A DNA stretch of 61,096 nt, filler included, from Dugesia japonica (taxonomy: Eukaryota), in NCBI GenBank assembly GCA_001938525.1. It is 6 parts of 6 records of this genome, joined end to end, with 100 filler letters (N's around TTAATTAATTAA, not from the genome) between each part and the next. Parts side by side here need not be neighbours in the genome. Positions count along the whole stretch, not along the records: positions 11,483 to 22,220 come from MQRL01628202.1; positions 22,321 to 31,495 come from MQRL01455844.1; 4 more parts are not named here. One strand, written 5' to 3'. Numbering within the stretch: position 1 is the stretch's first letter; every line of letters begins with the position of its first letter. The notes beneath the pieces are model-generated. The model was not told the origin of the DNA and did no database searches. It saw only the letters and a list, made by a program, of their open reading frames with translations. Positions 11,500 to 23,223 of this stretch are shown piece after piece. The translations under genes were made by a program, and so were the position numbers.

Positions 11500-12310
11500 A
11501 TATATAACGCGAAATATTAAAGAAACTGTATGATATGCCAGAAAGCTAAAGTGTTGACAACAAAAATGAAAGCAAAACAAAAATAGCACAATCAGCCAAC
11601 ATTTTTCAGTTGTTATTTATAGATGTGTATGAATCATTGCAGGAGACAAGAGGTCGAAAAAGAAATGTTCACGGTATAATAGAGCAATGCAGTAAATATG
11701 TAGTTTTAATAGAGATGACAAGACAAGATTAAGACACGATAAGGAAAAAAATAATGGAGAAGTGAATATTAACGTTCGGGTATACGAGAGAAATTAGAAT
11801 TGATTATGAAAGAGCATTTGATTCAAAACCAATTAAAGACTTTGCAGTTGAACATGAGTTTATATCATCATAACACAAACAGAAGAATTGAAAGGCAGTT
11901 TAGAATTATGCAATGTATGATAAATGTGACACTTAAAGACAGGGAAACCTCAGATTGGGTATATGTATGGCTGGATATAGGAACTACTTTGAACTCTACT
12001 AAACAGAAGAACACGAAAAAGAACTCTGCTAAAATAGTATTTTGGAAGAAAACAAGCAAAGAAAAATAGTAGGGAACAAATACTGAAAGAGCTCACAAAG
12101 AGCAAAATAAAAAAAATACATACCAAGAGACAATTCAAGATAGTGAGGAGGTCTGAGTAAAAGTTGAAACAATAAACAATAAAGATCAATTTGAAGGATC
12201 CCGTAAGATCAAAGGAAAGGTTCACAGCCGACGTTACATCCTGAAAGATACAAACGGAAAGTCTTGAAAGAAAAGTAGAGAAGATTAAAATATCTTAAAA
12301 GGCGAAAAGT
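11500..12310 (+). pseudogene. Decayed Ty3/Gypsy-type integrase
   Basis: Across stops: IIEQCSKYVVLIEM...ILTFGYTREIRIDYERAFDSKPIKDFA...IERQFR...; same family as 31596-31690. Confidence 0.7.
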
Positions 12311-12530
12311 GAGCATGTTTTGAAAGTGGATTGAAATTTTTGTGTTTTGGTTAGAAATTTTTTTCTTAAAATCTTTATTTAAAAATTAAAAAATTTGAAA
12401 TTGATAGAAAATTAAGTTGTTAAGAATAAGAATAAGTAATTTTTATAATAACAATTATTTCGAGAATAATTGTTGAACTCAACCATTGTTCGCATTTTAG
12501 ATTTCTCTAAAATATCAAGCAATATTAAAT
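12310..12530 (+). repeat. Probable LTR of that integrase-bearing element
   Basis: Follows a purine-rich tract after the integrase. Segment 12447-12520 is homologous to 52644-52722 on another contig. Confidence 0.5.
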
Positions 12531-14024
12531 AATAATAATTTTTTTGCAAAAATTAAGAATTAGTTTAAATATTTATATACATCATTTATTGTAGACCAGA
12601 GGTCTTAAACTCAAATGATCTCTCGAGCCACATTAGACAGTATAAAAATATTAATTCCAGAATTATGAATTTGTTTAAATAATATATATTTATATACATT
12701 TTTTTAAATGATTTTAGTAAAATCTTTTTTATTTTACTTTTTAGACAAAATATAAATTTAATCGGATTTTTTAAAACCAAAGTTTTTTAAACCTATTTTA
12801 GTATAGTTTTATTTTGATTAATGTTAAATATTCTACATCCTATTTTTTGAAAATTATGATTTATTTTAGATTTAATAAATTTATGATTAGTTTGATTTAT
12901 TATTGTCTTTTAGTTTTTTATTAAATAAATTTAATCAATAGAAAAATTTATTTTACGTTTAATAATTATTTTATTCAAACACTCGTAAATTTAAATTTCA
13001 ATACCTGGGAAAATGGTAAATTTATTCATTAAAAGTGATGAGTTCCATTTGGTTTTCTAACAAATCCTCAGGATATCAGCCACTAGGTTTACTTATATTC
13101 CATTTTAGAATTATTTAACTAGTCTCTGGGGCGAAATGTTGAGCTCTGATTTTTTTAATAATGCGAAATTTCGTGAATTCTCTATTTGAACATTGCATTT
13201 AAGAATAATTTAAAATACACAATGTTAAACATACGTTAATAATTAATAAAATCAATGTTATCTCTTTTACTCTCTATACTTTTCAGTCCACCTTATCAGA
13301 ATAAAGTATTTTCTATGGGTTGTTTGTATGAAGAATCATTCAGTATTTATACCTGAATGATGGCAGTTAATGGTGCCATCAAATCTTTCCACAAATATTG
13401 CAAATTAAATAACATGAAAAATAAAATTANNNNNNNNNNNNNNNNNNNNNNNNNNNNNNNNNNNNNNNNNNNNNNNNNNNNNNNNNNNNNNNNNNNNNNN
13501 NNNNNNNNNATTTAATCAACCTAAATTAACGATAATTAGCAAATAACTAATTCAAATTGTTAACAATCATCAATAGACTTATTGAACAAAATAAAGAGGA
13601 AATTAAAACCTTGTTATACGTTTTATGGAATATAAATTTTGAGTTGATTATATATCTTGTACAAAATAGTTAATTATGTTAAAATTAGACATGGAATATA
13701 TGTGCAATACTAATTCAGTCTCTCGAATCACAGCATACTGAACTGCTGTTAGTAAAATGATTCAAATTTCATCATTAAATAAACATTTGGCAAAATATTG
13801 TTCCAAGGAAGAAAGCATTTTGGATAGTATTCTTGTAGATAAGTATAAGTACTTTTTAATTCCAAGAAGAATGACATCAAAATATCAATTAATTTAATGG
13901 AAGGTTTTGTACAATGGATTTTTAAAACATTATTGATCCGAAAATTGATGGAACCGCTTCATGAACACAGAATTGTCTGGTAGAACATTGCAGCTTTAAC
14001 GATACAAAACTTGCCCGATCACAT

Positions 14025-14471
14025 CAGAGGCGTAGCTAGTGTGTTTGGCGCCCGGGGACAAGATTCGTATTTTGCGCGCCCCCCCACTGAAAAATTAAGA
14101 GTCATCCAATGTAACGGCTACTAAAGCAAAGACTTAAGAAGAAACTGATGAAGACGAAACATGTGATAAGTCAAGCAAGAAGCAATACAAACGAAATACC
14201 ATATCCAAATAAGATGTATGTTTCTGGTTATAGGTTACGAAATCTGTAGTCTATAGCCTAGGCTTAAATTAATATTAAATTCACACAATAAGATTGATAG
14301 TGCATAACAAAAAGTTGACTGCAAGAGAGTGATGAACCTTCAATCTTGATAGATATCATGTTTAAACGATACAAAAAATACACAATACAAATATTTCAAA
14401 CCCCATTTTGGTGCCTCTCTGGTCTGGGACCCGGGGATACTTGTCCCCCCTGCCCCCTAGCTATGCACTCG
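14025..14471. mobile_element. Non-autonomous hAT-type MITE
   Basis: Exact 8-bp TSD GATCACAT (14017-14024, 14472-14479); imperfect TIRs CAGAGGCGTAGCTAG / CTAGCTATGCACTCG. Confidence 0.8.
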
Positions 14472-14609
14472 GATCACATCATAATCACAAACACAGGAGT
14501 AATTTTTTCAAAACATAGAGTTAATTCATCCGTTGGCTTTGTGCGCTATCATAATTTGAACCAACTTTTCTCATTCAAAAGAAAAGACTGCATTTTCAAC
14601 AAAAATAGG

Positions 14610-15110
14610 AAAGTTGCTTTTCAAAAAACTCCAGTATTAGCATATCCAGATTTCAACAAAGTTTTTATTTTATCCGGACGCTAGCTTTGATGCGATTGAG
14701 GCCATACTGTCACTATTAGATGAAAATGGAAACGAAAGAGTTATTGCTTATGGATCACATGCAATGAGTTCACACAAAAGAGGTTATTGTATCACAAGAA
14801 AAGAATTGTTAATTTATTTATTGCTATTTATTATTTCACTCAACACTTCAATCATTATTTGTGTGGTAAATTTATTCTTCAAACTGATCATAAGGCTATT
14901 ACTTTTATGTTATCTACAAAAAAGCCGATTTCTTCACAATTCCAGAGATGGATAAACTTTTTAAGCAGTTTAGATATTAAGATGGAATATCGAAAGGGAA
15001 CATGCAAACGCTGATTCATTATCTCGACAATCATGTACAACTTGTTACCAGTGCCAAATGAGTCATCCAGAAGCTAAATCAGGAAAGTTAAAAACTCGTA
15101 TCTTAAAAAA
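14610..15110 (+). pseudogene. Ty3/Gypsy RNase H fragment
   Basis: PVLAYPDFNKVFIL, DAS, ERVIAYGSHAM, YCITRKELL and TDHKAITF motifs, with frameshifts. Confidence 0.85.
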
Positions 15111-15749
15111 GAAATTAAAAACTTTTTAATAATTTCAATTAGAAGTAAAACAAATAAAATTAGAAAGTGTATGTCTCATACTCTATACCGATATTTTTAA
15201 TTGTAGAATTAGCAAGGTTTATTACTGTAAAGAATGTGCATTATTCTAGTAATTTTAAATAAAAAATATTGAAATTATTTTGAATAAACTTAAAGCACAA
15301 AATACAAAATCTGATTTTTGACATACTATTTTCAACGGAATTAATATTAAATTCTTTATCATTTCATGTATTAGGATTATTATTGTTTACCTTTTGTTAT
15401 ACAATATGGAATATTACATCTAAAAATAATAAATTTAATTAAATTGATTTTTAAAAAAATACAGTAGAACCAAATACATATATTACGTCAGAATTAAACG
15501 AAAAATAGAAAGCTCATGAATTTATGTACTAGCATGTCTACTAACTGGAAAATGTAAACATATTTACCAGGATTATTAATTTTTGAAAATAATCCATTTT
15601 AAGTGTTATGTTAACATACTATATATATATATATAAATCTTAAGATATAGTATCGATTAACAATCTATAATTTAAACACCCGGTTCACTTATTATCTCAC
15701 TCTGGAAAATTTGTATGAGTGTGTTGGAATTAGCAAACTGATATATAAT

Positions 15750-15870
15750 AACGGTTAACAACATTATCTATGCACACGTCTTCATCACTGAGTTTCAGAA
15801 AAGAAGTTTGCCACATGTACATTAGTTTGGAGTACAGAAGTAGATTCGATTAGCTGTGGTTTTTGTGTAA
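15750..15870 (+). pseudogene. Helitron Rep (HUH) motif-2 fragment
   Basis: IIYAHVFITEFQKRSLPHVH (EFQKR...HVH at 15790-15822) matches Helitron EFQKRGLPHAH. Confidence 0.65.
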
Positions 15871-16698
15871 ATTATTCAACGTAAGAATTCATTTGAATCA
15901 CAAAATCTAACAAAGTGGATACATAAAGCATTAAATCTACTCTTTTTTAAAATTTAAATCAAAAATTATTTTGCAAAAGATTTACTCTAATTATTCTCAT
16001 TTTCAGAATGATAATTTAACAAAATTCAAAAATTATGGGCGCCACACAATAAGCAGTTTCTCGAAAAAGTCGGCCAAAATTAGTGCAAGGACCATTATTA
16101 TTATAAACTTGGTTATAAACTTTTAAATACCACAAGATTAAGAAAAATAATAAAATTTAAGATAAAACAAACATTTATTTAGAATAAAACAACTAAATTA
16201 ACACAAGTATCATAATTTTTGACATTCTAGATACCAAAGGTTTCTTCGATAAAAAAAACAAAAAAAATATTTGATTGAAGCTATTATGAAATTTTTCAAT
16301 GAAATTTATTGTAGTTGACTTGATAAGTTCTAAAATACTTAGGAAGGATCATTATTTTGCATACAATTTTCAATGAAAGCAACGATTAGAAAAATTATAA
16401 ACTGTACACCTGCAGAAGTTCAATTTGGCAGATAGATATTAAAATAAATATTTATTAGCATTAACTATAAAGCTATTGATTAAATAACTTGTTGAAAAAA
16501 GAATGAAGATCTAGAAAACAAAAATAAAACTAGAATAAAATAGAAATACTAATAAATAAAAATAAAATAATATTAATAAAGTAAATATTATTTATAATAA
16601 TGAACATAAAACCCATAAATTATTTAACATTGTGCATTAATTAAAATCGATGTAAAATATAAGCAGGATAAAATATTTAAAGGTTCATTACGAATAAT

Positions 16699-16806
16699 TG
16701 TGATATAATATAAAAATGAAGTGTTTAAATAATCAGATTTTAGAAGAGGAAAATTTGAACTTGTTTTATTTTGAATAAATATTTTTTTAGTAATTTACCA
16801 TTAACA
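16699..16806 (+). repeat. 5' LTR (108 bp)
   Basis: Aligns ungapped to 21358-21465 with 8 mismatches by manual count. Confidence 0.95.
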
Positions 16807-16854
16807 TAGCGTCAGGAGCAGAATTCAGTATATTTTTTATCAAAATTATTCAAC

Positions 16855-17720
16855 ATGGTTCAGAAGCTGCCAAGTTTTAATATTGGAGATGATTCTGCAA
16901 AAGACTTTCAGCAATTTAAGAACCACATTCTTAATTTAAAGATCGAAGAATTACCAGAATGTTAAGGGTGACTTTAATTTGTTAAGTAATAACTTTGTAG
17001 AATTAAACAAAGTTAAAGATTCGAATATTTCTACTATTACCGAACTTTTACAGATAAAGCAAAATGATCTCTCTTTAAGAGAAGATATTAGAAAAATTGA
17101 GATTTTATTTATTTAAATGTCAACTAGATTTGAACAGCGAGGATAGAGAAAGACTTTAATATTCGCTTTTTTATTTAGATTGAAAGACAAAAAAGTGGCA
17201 GCAGCAGTTCAATTTCTTTAGCCAAAATCATTAGATGAAGCTTATAACTTTGTAAAAAAAGAAGTAAAAAACAAAATTAAGGAAAATCTGAGACAAATTA
17301 AAACACAACATGATTTGTCATATGAAGTGCGTTCACTAAATCAGAAGGGGACATAATTGGAACAAATGATAGCCAGGCTATCTATTGATATAAAGAACGG
17401 AAAAAATAGATATGGAGTGAATAGCACAAGGACTAATAATGAAAGTCAGGATAGAAATATCCATATCAAAGATATTAAATACTTCAACTGTGACAATTTT
17501 GGCCATTTTGTGAGAGATTGTAAAAACCCAATTATGTGTAAAAAATACAAAATGTTTGGCCATTTAGATCGATTTTGCGGAACAAAAAATATGAAAAAAG
17601 TTAGATAAATTAATGACAATGATAGTGAAAATATAGGATTTGACGAAATTAGATCGATTTCAACGAGATCAGAAATGTCTAGCACGGATACCAATCATGC
17701 ATTGAACGAAATAATTTAGA
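16855..17720 (+). pseudogene. gag: gag with two degenerate CCHC zinc knuckles
   Basis: YFNCDNFGHFVRDC and CKKYKMFGHLDRFC; multiple stops. Confidence 0.8.
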
Positions 17721-17879
17721 AAAACGCGAAAACAAAAAAGGTAATAAAAAATAATTGTTATACTAAAGAAGTTATGAATTCAGCTCAATACATCACGGGC
17801 AAGGAGCTATATCAAAGTTTAAAAATAAAAACAAAAAAACACTGATTTCAGAAAATCACTCAGAATTTGCTCAAAATTA

Positions 17880-20800
17880 GTCTTTGGTCCAAGCGAGAAT
17901 AAAACAAAAATGGGTAGCAACACTAATAAATAGTGGGGCAGAATCAAATGTAATGGATTATAATTTATTATGTGAATTGAGAAAAAGTAACGAACGGATT
18001 AAATTTTTCAAAAAAACCGAAAGAATGTACTTTGTAAAAAAGGATCACCTATGAATATTGTAGGGGTTGCGAAGGTTGAACTAGTAATTGGAGAAAAAGA
18101 ATTGACACTAAAATTTATAGTGGTGGAAAACGTTTTCCCAAAAATTACCATTGGAATTAAATCGATGAAAACATACATAATTCAAATTGTGCCACACGAT
18201 GACTGTATGTATATCAGGAATCAAGCTATACCATTTGTATCAAAAGTCTGTGATGATGTAGCGGAAAACTAACAAGCACCATTCTTAAAAGTCACGATCC
18301 AGGTGCTAGAAAAAACGATACTCAATATTGCTTTTTCGCATCATTTTGGATGAAGCTGTAGTTTTAGAAAAGTATAAAGAATATTTTCTACGTGGATCAG
18401 TTGACTGTGATGAATTCAAATTTAAAGACGAAATCTTTGTAGGTTACAAAGATAAACTAGCAAATTTAGATATCTTGTCAGCTAATTCGATAGTGACTGT
18501 TGACAAAGACGGAAAGATTCCTAAAAGACTTTATAATTTATCAGATTCCGAAAGAAAAATTTTTAAAGGCACAAGAATGGGTAGTTTAGAAATCTTGGAA
18601 GAAAAAGGCGAGTTCATCAGAAATATTTATTCAGACAAATTAGAGGTGTCTCATTTAAACGGATTGAATGATAGAATCGAAAAAGAAGACGACATTCTTT
18701 TGGAATATAAAAAAAGGTTAAGAGATTAATATTATAAGATGCTAACATATTTAGTAAATGCGACACGAATATTGGTCATTGTAAAAAACTAAAGCATTAC
18801 ATTGTCACTAAAGAAGAAGCGCCAATTGTTGTCCCCTCTAGACGAATACCGATAAGACTTGAGGATAAAGTTGATAATTTAGTTTCAGATTTATTGAAAA
18901 ATGAGATAATCAGGAAACGTGAAAGCCCGCGGAATGCACCTTTAGTGTGCATGACTAAAGCCAATGGTCACATAAGATTATATGTCGATTACCGGCAGTT
19001 AAACTTAGTCACAATCAGACCAATATATCCAATTCTAGAAACGTCTCAAAATTTTGATACATTGGGTGGAGTAAAGATATTTAGCGTTTTAAACTAATCT
19101 AATGGATATTATAATGTCGAAGGAAATGAGGCAGATAAACAAAAAACACATTCTCTACTAGACGAGGACAGTATGAATTTAATAGAATGACATTTGGCCT
19201 GAGTTCAGCCCCAGCAACATTTCAACGATTTATTCATCTGATATTGCAAATTGAAAATTGGGAACAATGTTTTATTTGTCTGGACGATGTTTTGATCTTT
19301 GGAAACTCATATGAACAACATCTCATTCGATTGGATGTAGTTTTAGCTAGAATAGAAGTATTTGGAGTTAAATTAAAACCTGACAAATGTAATTTTTTGC
19401 CAAAGGAAGTTTCATATCTGGGACATAGAATTACGGTAGAACGTATAAAAACAGATCCAATAAAGATAGAAAAAGTTCGAAATTGGTCAGAGCCAGGGTG
19501 TTACTCAGAGCTACATTCATTTATAGCTTTCTGTAACTATTATAGAAAATTTATAAAAGATTTTGCTTATGTCGTTCAACCTTTAGAAACTATATTGAAA
19601 CAAGACAAAAAAATTAAATGTGAAATACAGCAAAAAATAAATAATTTGGGATGCTGAAGGAAAAGAAGCATTTAAAAAGATACAGATACTTCTAACAACC
19701 CCTTATCCTCTGAAAGAAGGTAGGTTCGTATTAGATACAGATGTAAGTCACAGTCATATTGGAGGAATCTTAAGCCATGTTCAAAATTGAGATGAAAAAG
19801 TTATCGTATATACGTCGAAGAAGCTGGCAAATTCAGAATTGAAATATTGTGTTACTCGTAAGGAATTATTAACTGTCTATGTTTTTATCAAACAGTTTAG
19901 GCATTATTTATTGGGGAGAAGTTTCAAAATAAGAACTGATCATAAATCATTATTGTGGCTAAAAAGTTGGAAAAATCCAAATACATCACAGTATTTTACT
20001 TGGATCACAGAATTAGAGGAATATGACTTTGATATTGAACACGAACCTGGCAGATTACACATAAAAGCAGACTATATTAGCCGACCGGAATGTGAACAAT
20101 GTGAATTCAGACATAATGAACCAAAAAAACGAAAAAATGTGAAACTGATCGAGAAAGAAAATGATGAGAAGCCAATTATTCGAGTTCTAAAAAATTATTT
20201 CACATATCATAGAAAAAAGGAAATTATGGAATATTGTCATAATAATATGAGCCATCCAGGATTTATAAAGACAAAGTAATTAATTAAGAATTATTATGAC
20301 TGGAAGAATATGAGTAAAGATACAAAATCCTTTATTGAAAAGTGCATTCCATGCATAAATTGAAAGAATGGAATAATTTCAAACTACATTCCTGAAAAAC
20401 CTTTTATAGCTAATGAGACTTTTAAAAAAATATGCAGAGATATCACCGGACCATTACCAGAATGTAAAAGCTATAAATATATTTTAGGTGTGATAGATGT
20501 CTTTTCAAGATATACCATGTTAATCCCTCTTAAAGTCATTAAATCGAGACAGGTAATATATAAATTATTTAAAAGATGGATCACTATCTTTGGAATGCCA
20601 AAAATTATTCACTCCGATAATGGAAGTCAGTTCAAAAACAATTTCATGGAATAATTTCGTAAAGTTCTTAAAATAAATCAAACCTTTACCCGCCCATACT
20701 ATCATCAAGGGAACGGCTGGGTAGAAAGAATCTTTAAAACTGCAAAAGATATAATTTATGCAACCAGTTTGAAATTTCTCACAAATTGGATAGATGCCAT

Positions 20801-21345
20801 TCCATTCTTCGAAATAGGTTTGAGAATAACAAACAATGAAACAACTAATTATTCTCCTTTCGAAAAAACTTTTAGCAAACAATTTCAAGCTTATTTAAAT
20901 AACGAGCAAGTCAACTCGAAAAGTTTGGATCAATATTTAGAGAATATTAGAGTAAATTTAGAAAGAATAAATCAAAATTTTAAAGCAAAAGAGAATGTAA
21001 TTATTAATAATAACTATCAAATAAAATTAGCGATATGGTAATGTTCAAATCAGAAAAGAAAGGAATGTTAAAAAAGCGATAAAAAAGGACCATGTGAAGT
21101 TAAGGAAATATTACCTTAAGAATGAGTTACAAAGGAAATAGCTAATTCGTTATGTTAATCAAATGAACAGATTTACAATAGAAAAGCTAGAGGTGAAAGG
21201 AGAAAAGAATCTCATGAACACAATAATAATAAGCCAATCAAAACGAAGTTCAATAATCAAACCAGAAAAACTAACAAGCGAGAGACGAAGAAGAAATCCT
21301 TCTAGAGAAAGACGTAAACCAACAAGATTCCGGGAATTCAAATGA
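17880..21345 (+). pseudogene. pol: pol (protease, RT, RNase H, integrase)
   Basis: PR LINSGA; RT YVDYRQLN, FGLSSAPATFQ, CLDD; RH TRKELL, TDHKSL; IN DITGPLP, HSDNGSQF, GNGWVERIF. Many stops and frameshifts. Confidence 0.92.
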
Positions 21346-21357
21346 TAAAAAGAGGGA

Positions 21358-21465
21358 TGTGATATAATATATAAATGACGTGTTTAAATATTTAGATTTT
21401 AGAAGAAGAGAATTTGAACTTGTTTTATTTTGAATAAATATTATTTTAGTAATTAACCATTAACA
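21358..21465 (+). repeat. 3' LTR (108 bp)
   Basis: Direct repeat of 16699-16806. Confidence 0.95.
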
Positions 21466-22220
21466 ATAATAAATAAATCATACAAAAAGAGTTACAGATT
21501 AATGGATAAGAATAACACCAATAAGAGTTTGTACTATATAATTACACAAATCATTTAAGATTATAAGAATGTGATAATGAATTTATTAGAATTAATTTAT
21601 CACGTATTATCATCAATAATTGATTGTTAGTCCACAATAAGGATAAATATAATTGTAATATGTGAATATTTGTATATAGGTATGTTTATGAAATAGATGT
21701 CTCTATTGATTGATTGTATTCTACATTAAAATTTCACAGAAGTATTTCTCAATATAACAGAATAAAAATATGTGGTAAGGATAATTTATATAGCCACTAT
21801 TTTTGTTTTCTTTCAATAATATTATCAGTTAAATAGCATTTATTAAAAAAACGTATCAACTTAATTAAACGTTGAAATTAGTAAACATTAAATAAATCAA
21901 AAATCAGAATATTAAATCGTTATATTTTTTGTAAAGCTTTATGGTTTTTCTTCAATCATTATTCGAACTGGTTTTGTATTAGAAAATTTTGTTTGATTGT
22001 TTGTTGAAGACATTGATTGATTTCCATTAAATTCATGATATTCTGATATTATTTTATTATTTCTCTTTCCATTATATCTTTGAATTCCCAGAATAATTAT
22101 TATGACAGCCATACTTGCAATTGTAGCTGAGGTAATTGATATCAATATCCAGTTGTAATTGAAAGAAACCGAACTCTTTTTTTCATCCCATTTACCATTT
22201 TCACGTAATAAAAGTTGATA

Positions 22221-22320
22221 NNNNNNNNNNNNNNNNNNNNNNNNNNNNNNNNNNNNNNNNNNNNTTAATTAATTAANNNNNNNNNNNNNNNNNNNNNNNN
22301 NNNNNNNNNNNNNNNNNNNN
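22221..22320. other. Artificial contig spacer
   Basis: 44 N + TTAATTAATTAA + 44 N. Confidence 0.97.
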
Positions 22321-22387
22321 TTTTCATTTTTTTGTTCGATGCATCAAATTCTTTTAATTCTGCTCTTTAACGTTCTATGACAACGAC

Positions 22388-22890
22388 TCAAGTCGCATAG
22401 CCTAAGAGGCTAGTGAACTTCTCTTGTATGCAAGTTCCTGTTGCATCCAAAATAGATCCTGCTGCGACCAGGCATGTTTGTACTATTTGACCACTTTTGG
22501 TTTTAATTATCTTTCCTTCACTCATGTGTATTTTACCAGTTGTAAATCCAGATTCGCATTGTTGTCTTGTGAGAATAACAGGTATTACTTCCATACCTGG
22601 GGATATGATTGTCGAATAACTACTTCCTTAACACCAATACACAAACACTTGCATTGTTACTTTACATTACATTATCTTTGTCTTGTAATAATGTGATTCT
22701 GGGTACACAAAATAATTCATCAATTTTCGTACCACTTTCAACTTTTTTGGATTTGCTTCTAGACATTCCTCTGCATCGATTAATGAATATAATGTTTCCT
22801 CGATATCCATATGATCACAATCCCAAGCTTGAATTGCCGCACTTCGGCCCATTAAGAACATTAAAATTAACACCATGAACATTGAATGCA
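22388..22890 (-). pseudogene. env: Chuvirus-like glycoprotein, signal peptide and N-terminal ectodomain
   Basis: MFMVLILMFLMGRSAAIQAWDC...YSLIDAEEC...*CKV...YWC...QQCESGFTTGKI...GTC. ORFs 22667-23026 and 22388-22594 share a frame; the Cys pattern is conserved with 43720-44160. Confidence 0.8.
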
Positions 22891-23001
22891 TACTGCTGGT
22901 TCTTGTACTTCGATTTGTCTCGGTTCCGTATTTGTCGATATAATTCTTTAATAATGCATGTACTCGTTGGTTTAATTTGTGAAGCAAATTCGTTTTTGGT
23001 T

Positions 23002-23223
23002 TTATCTCTTTATTATACCGTTCCATCCTCCGACATTCTTTAAAAACGGTTTGATTTGATCATTTGTTATCTTGACTATTGGCAAGGCGCTTCATTGAAA
23101 TTTCATTCCTGGTTTACAACGGGTCAATGCTATTTGCATTTGTTTTACTAAATATGCAAGTGCCACTAATAACCTTGGAGTCGCTGGACAATTTGACAAT
23201 AGTCCTTGTACCTTTTTTTCCAT
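23002..23223 (-). pseudogene. Bcl-2-like BH1-BH2 segment
   Basis: Manual translation: VQGLLSNCPATPRLLVALAYLVKQMQ...Q*SALPIVKITNDQIKPFLKNVGGWNGII. BH2-like GGW sits at the same position relative to env as in 43387-43572. Confidence 0.55.

Larger units (their letters stand above)
16699..21465 (+). mobile_element. Full-length decayed Ty3/Gypsy LTR retrotransposon
   Basis: TG...CA LTRs, 5-bp TSD ATAAT (16694-16698, 21466-21470), PBS-like TAGCGTCAGGAG at 16807, PPT AAAAAGAGGGA before the 3' LTR, and gag-PR-RT-RH-IN order. Confidence 0.95.

Noticed and set aside
13000-13150. Possible minus-strand exon bounded by AG/GT
   Set aside because: Stops in all three frames.
21939-22220. TM-containing ORF that could be the C-terminus of the glycoprotein at 22388
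   Set aside because: It lies across an artificial spacer on another contig and does not resemble the TM region at 45380-45560; possibly a host exon, but unsupported.
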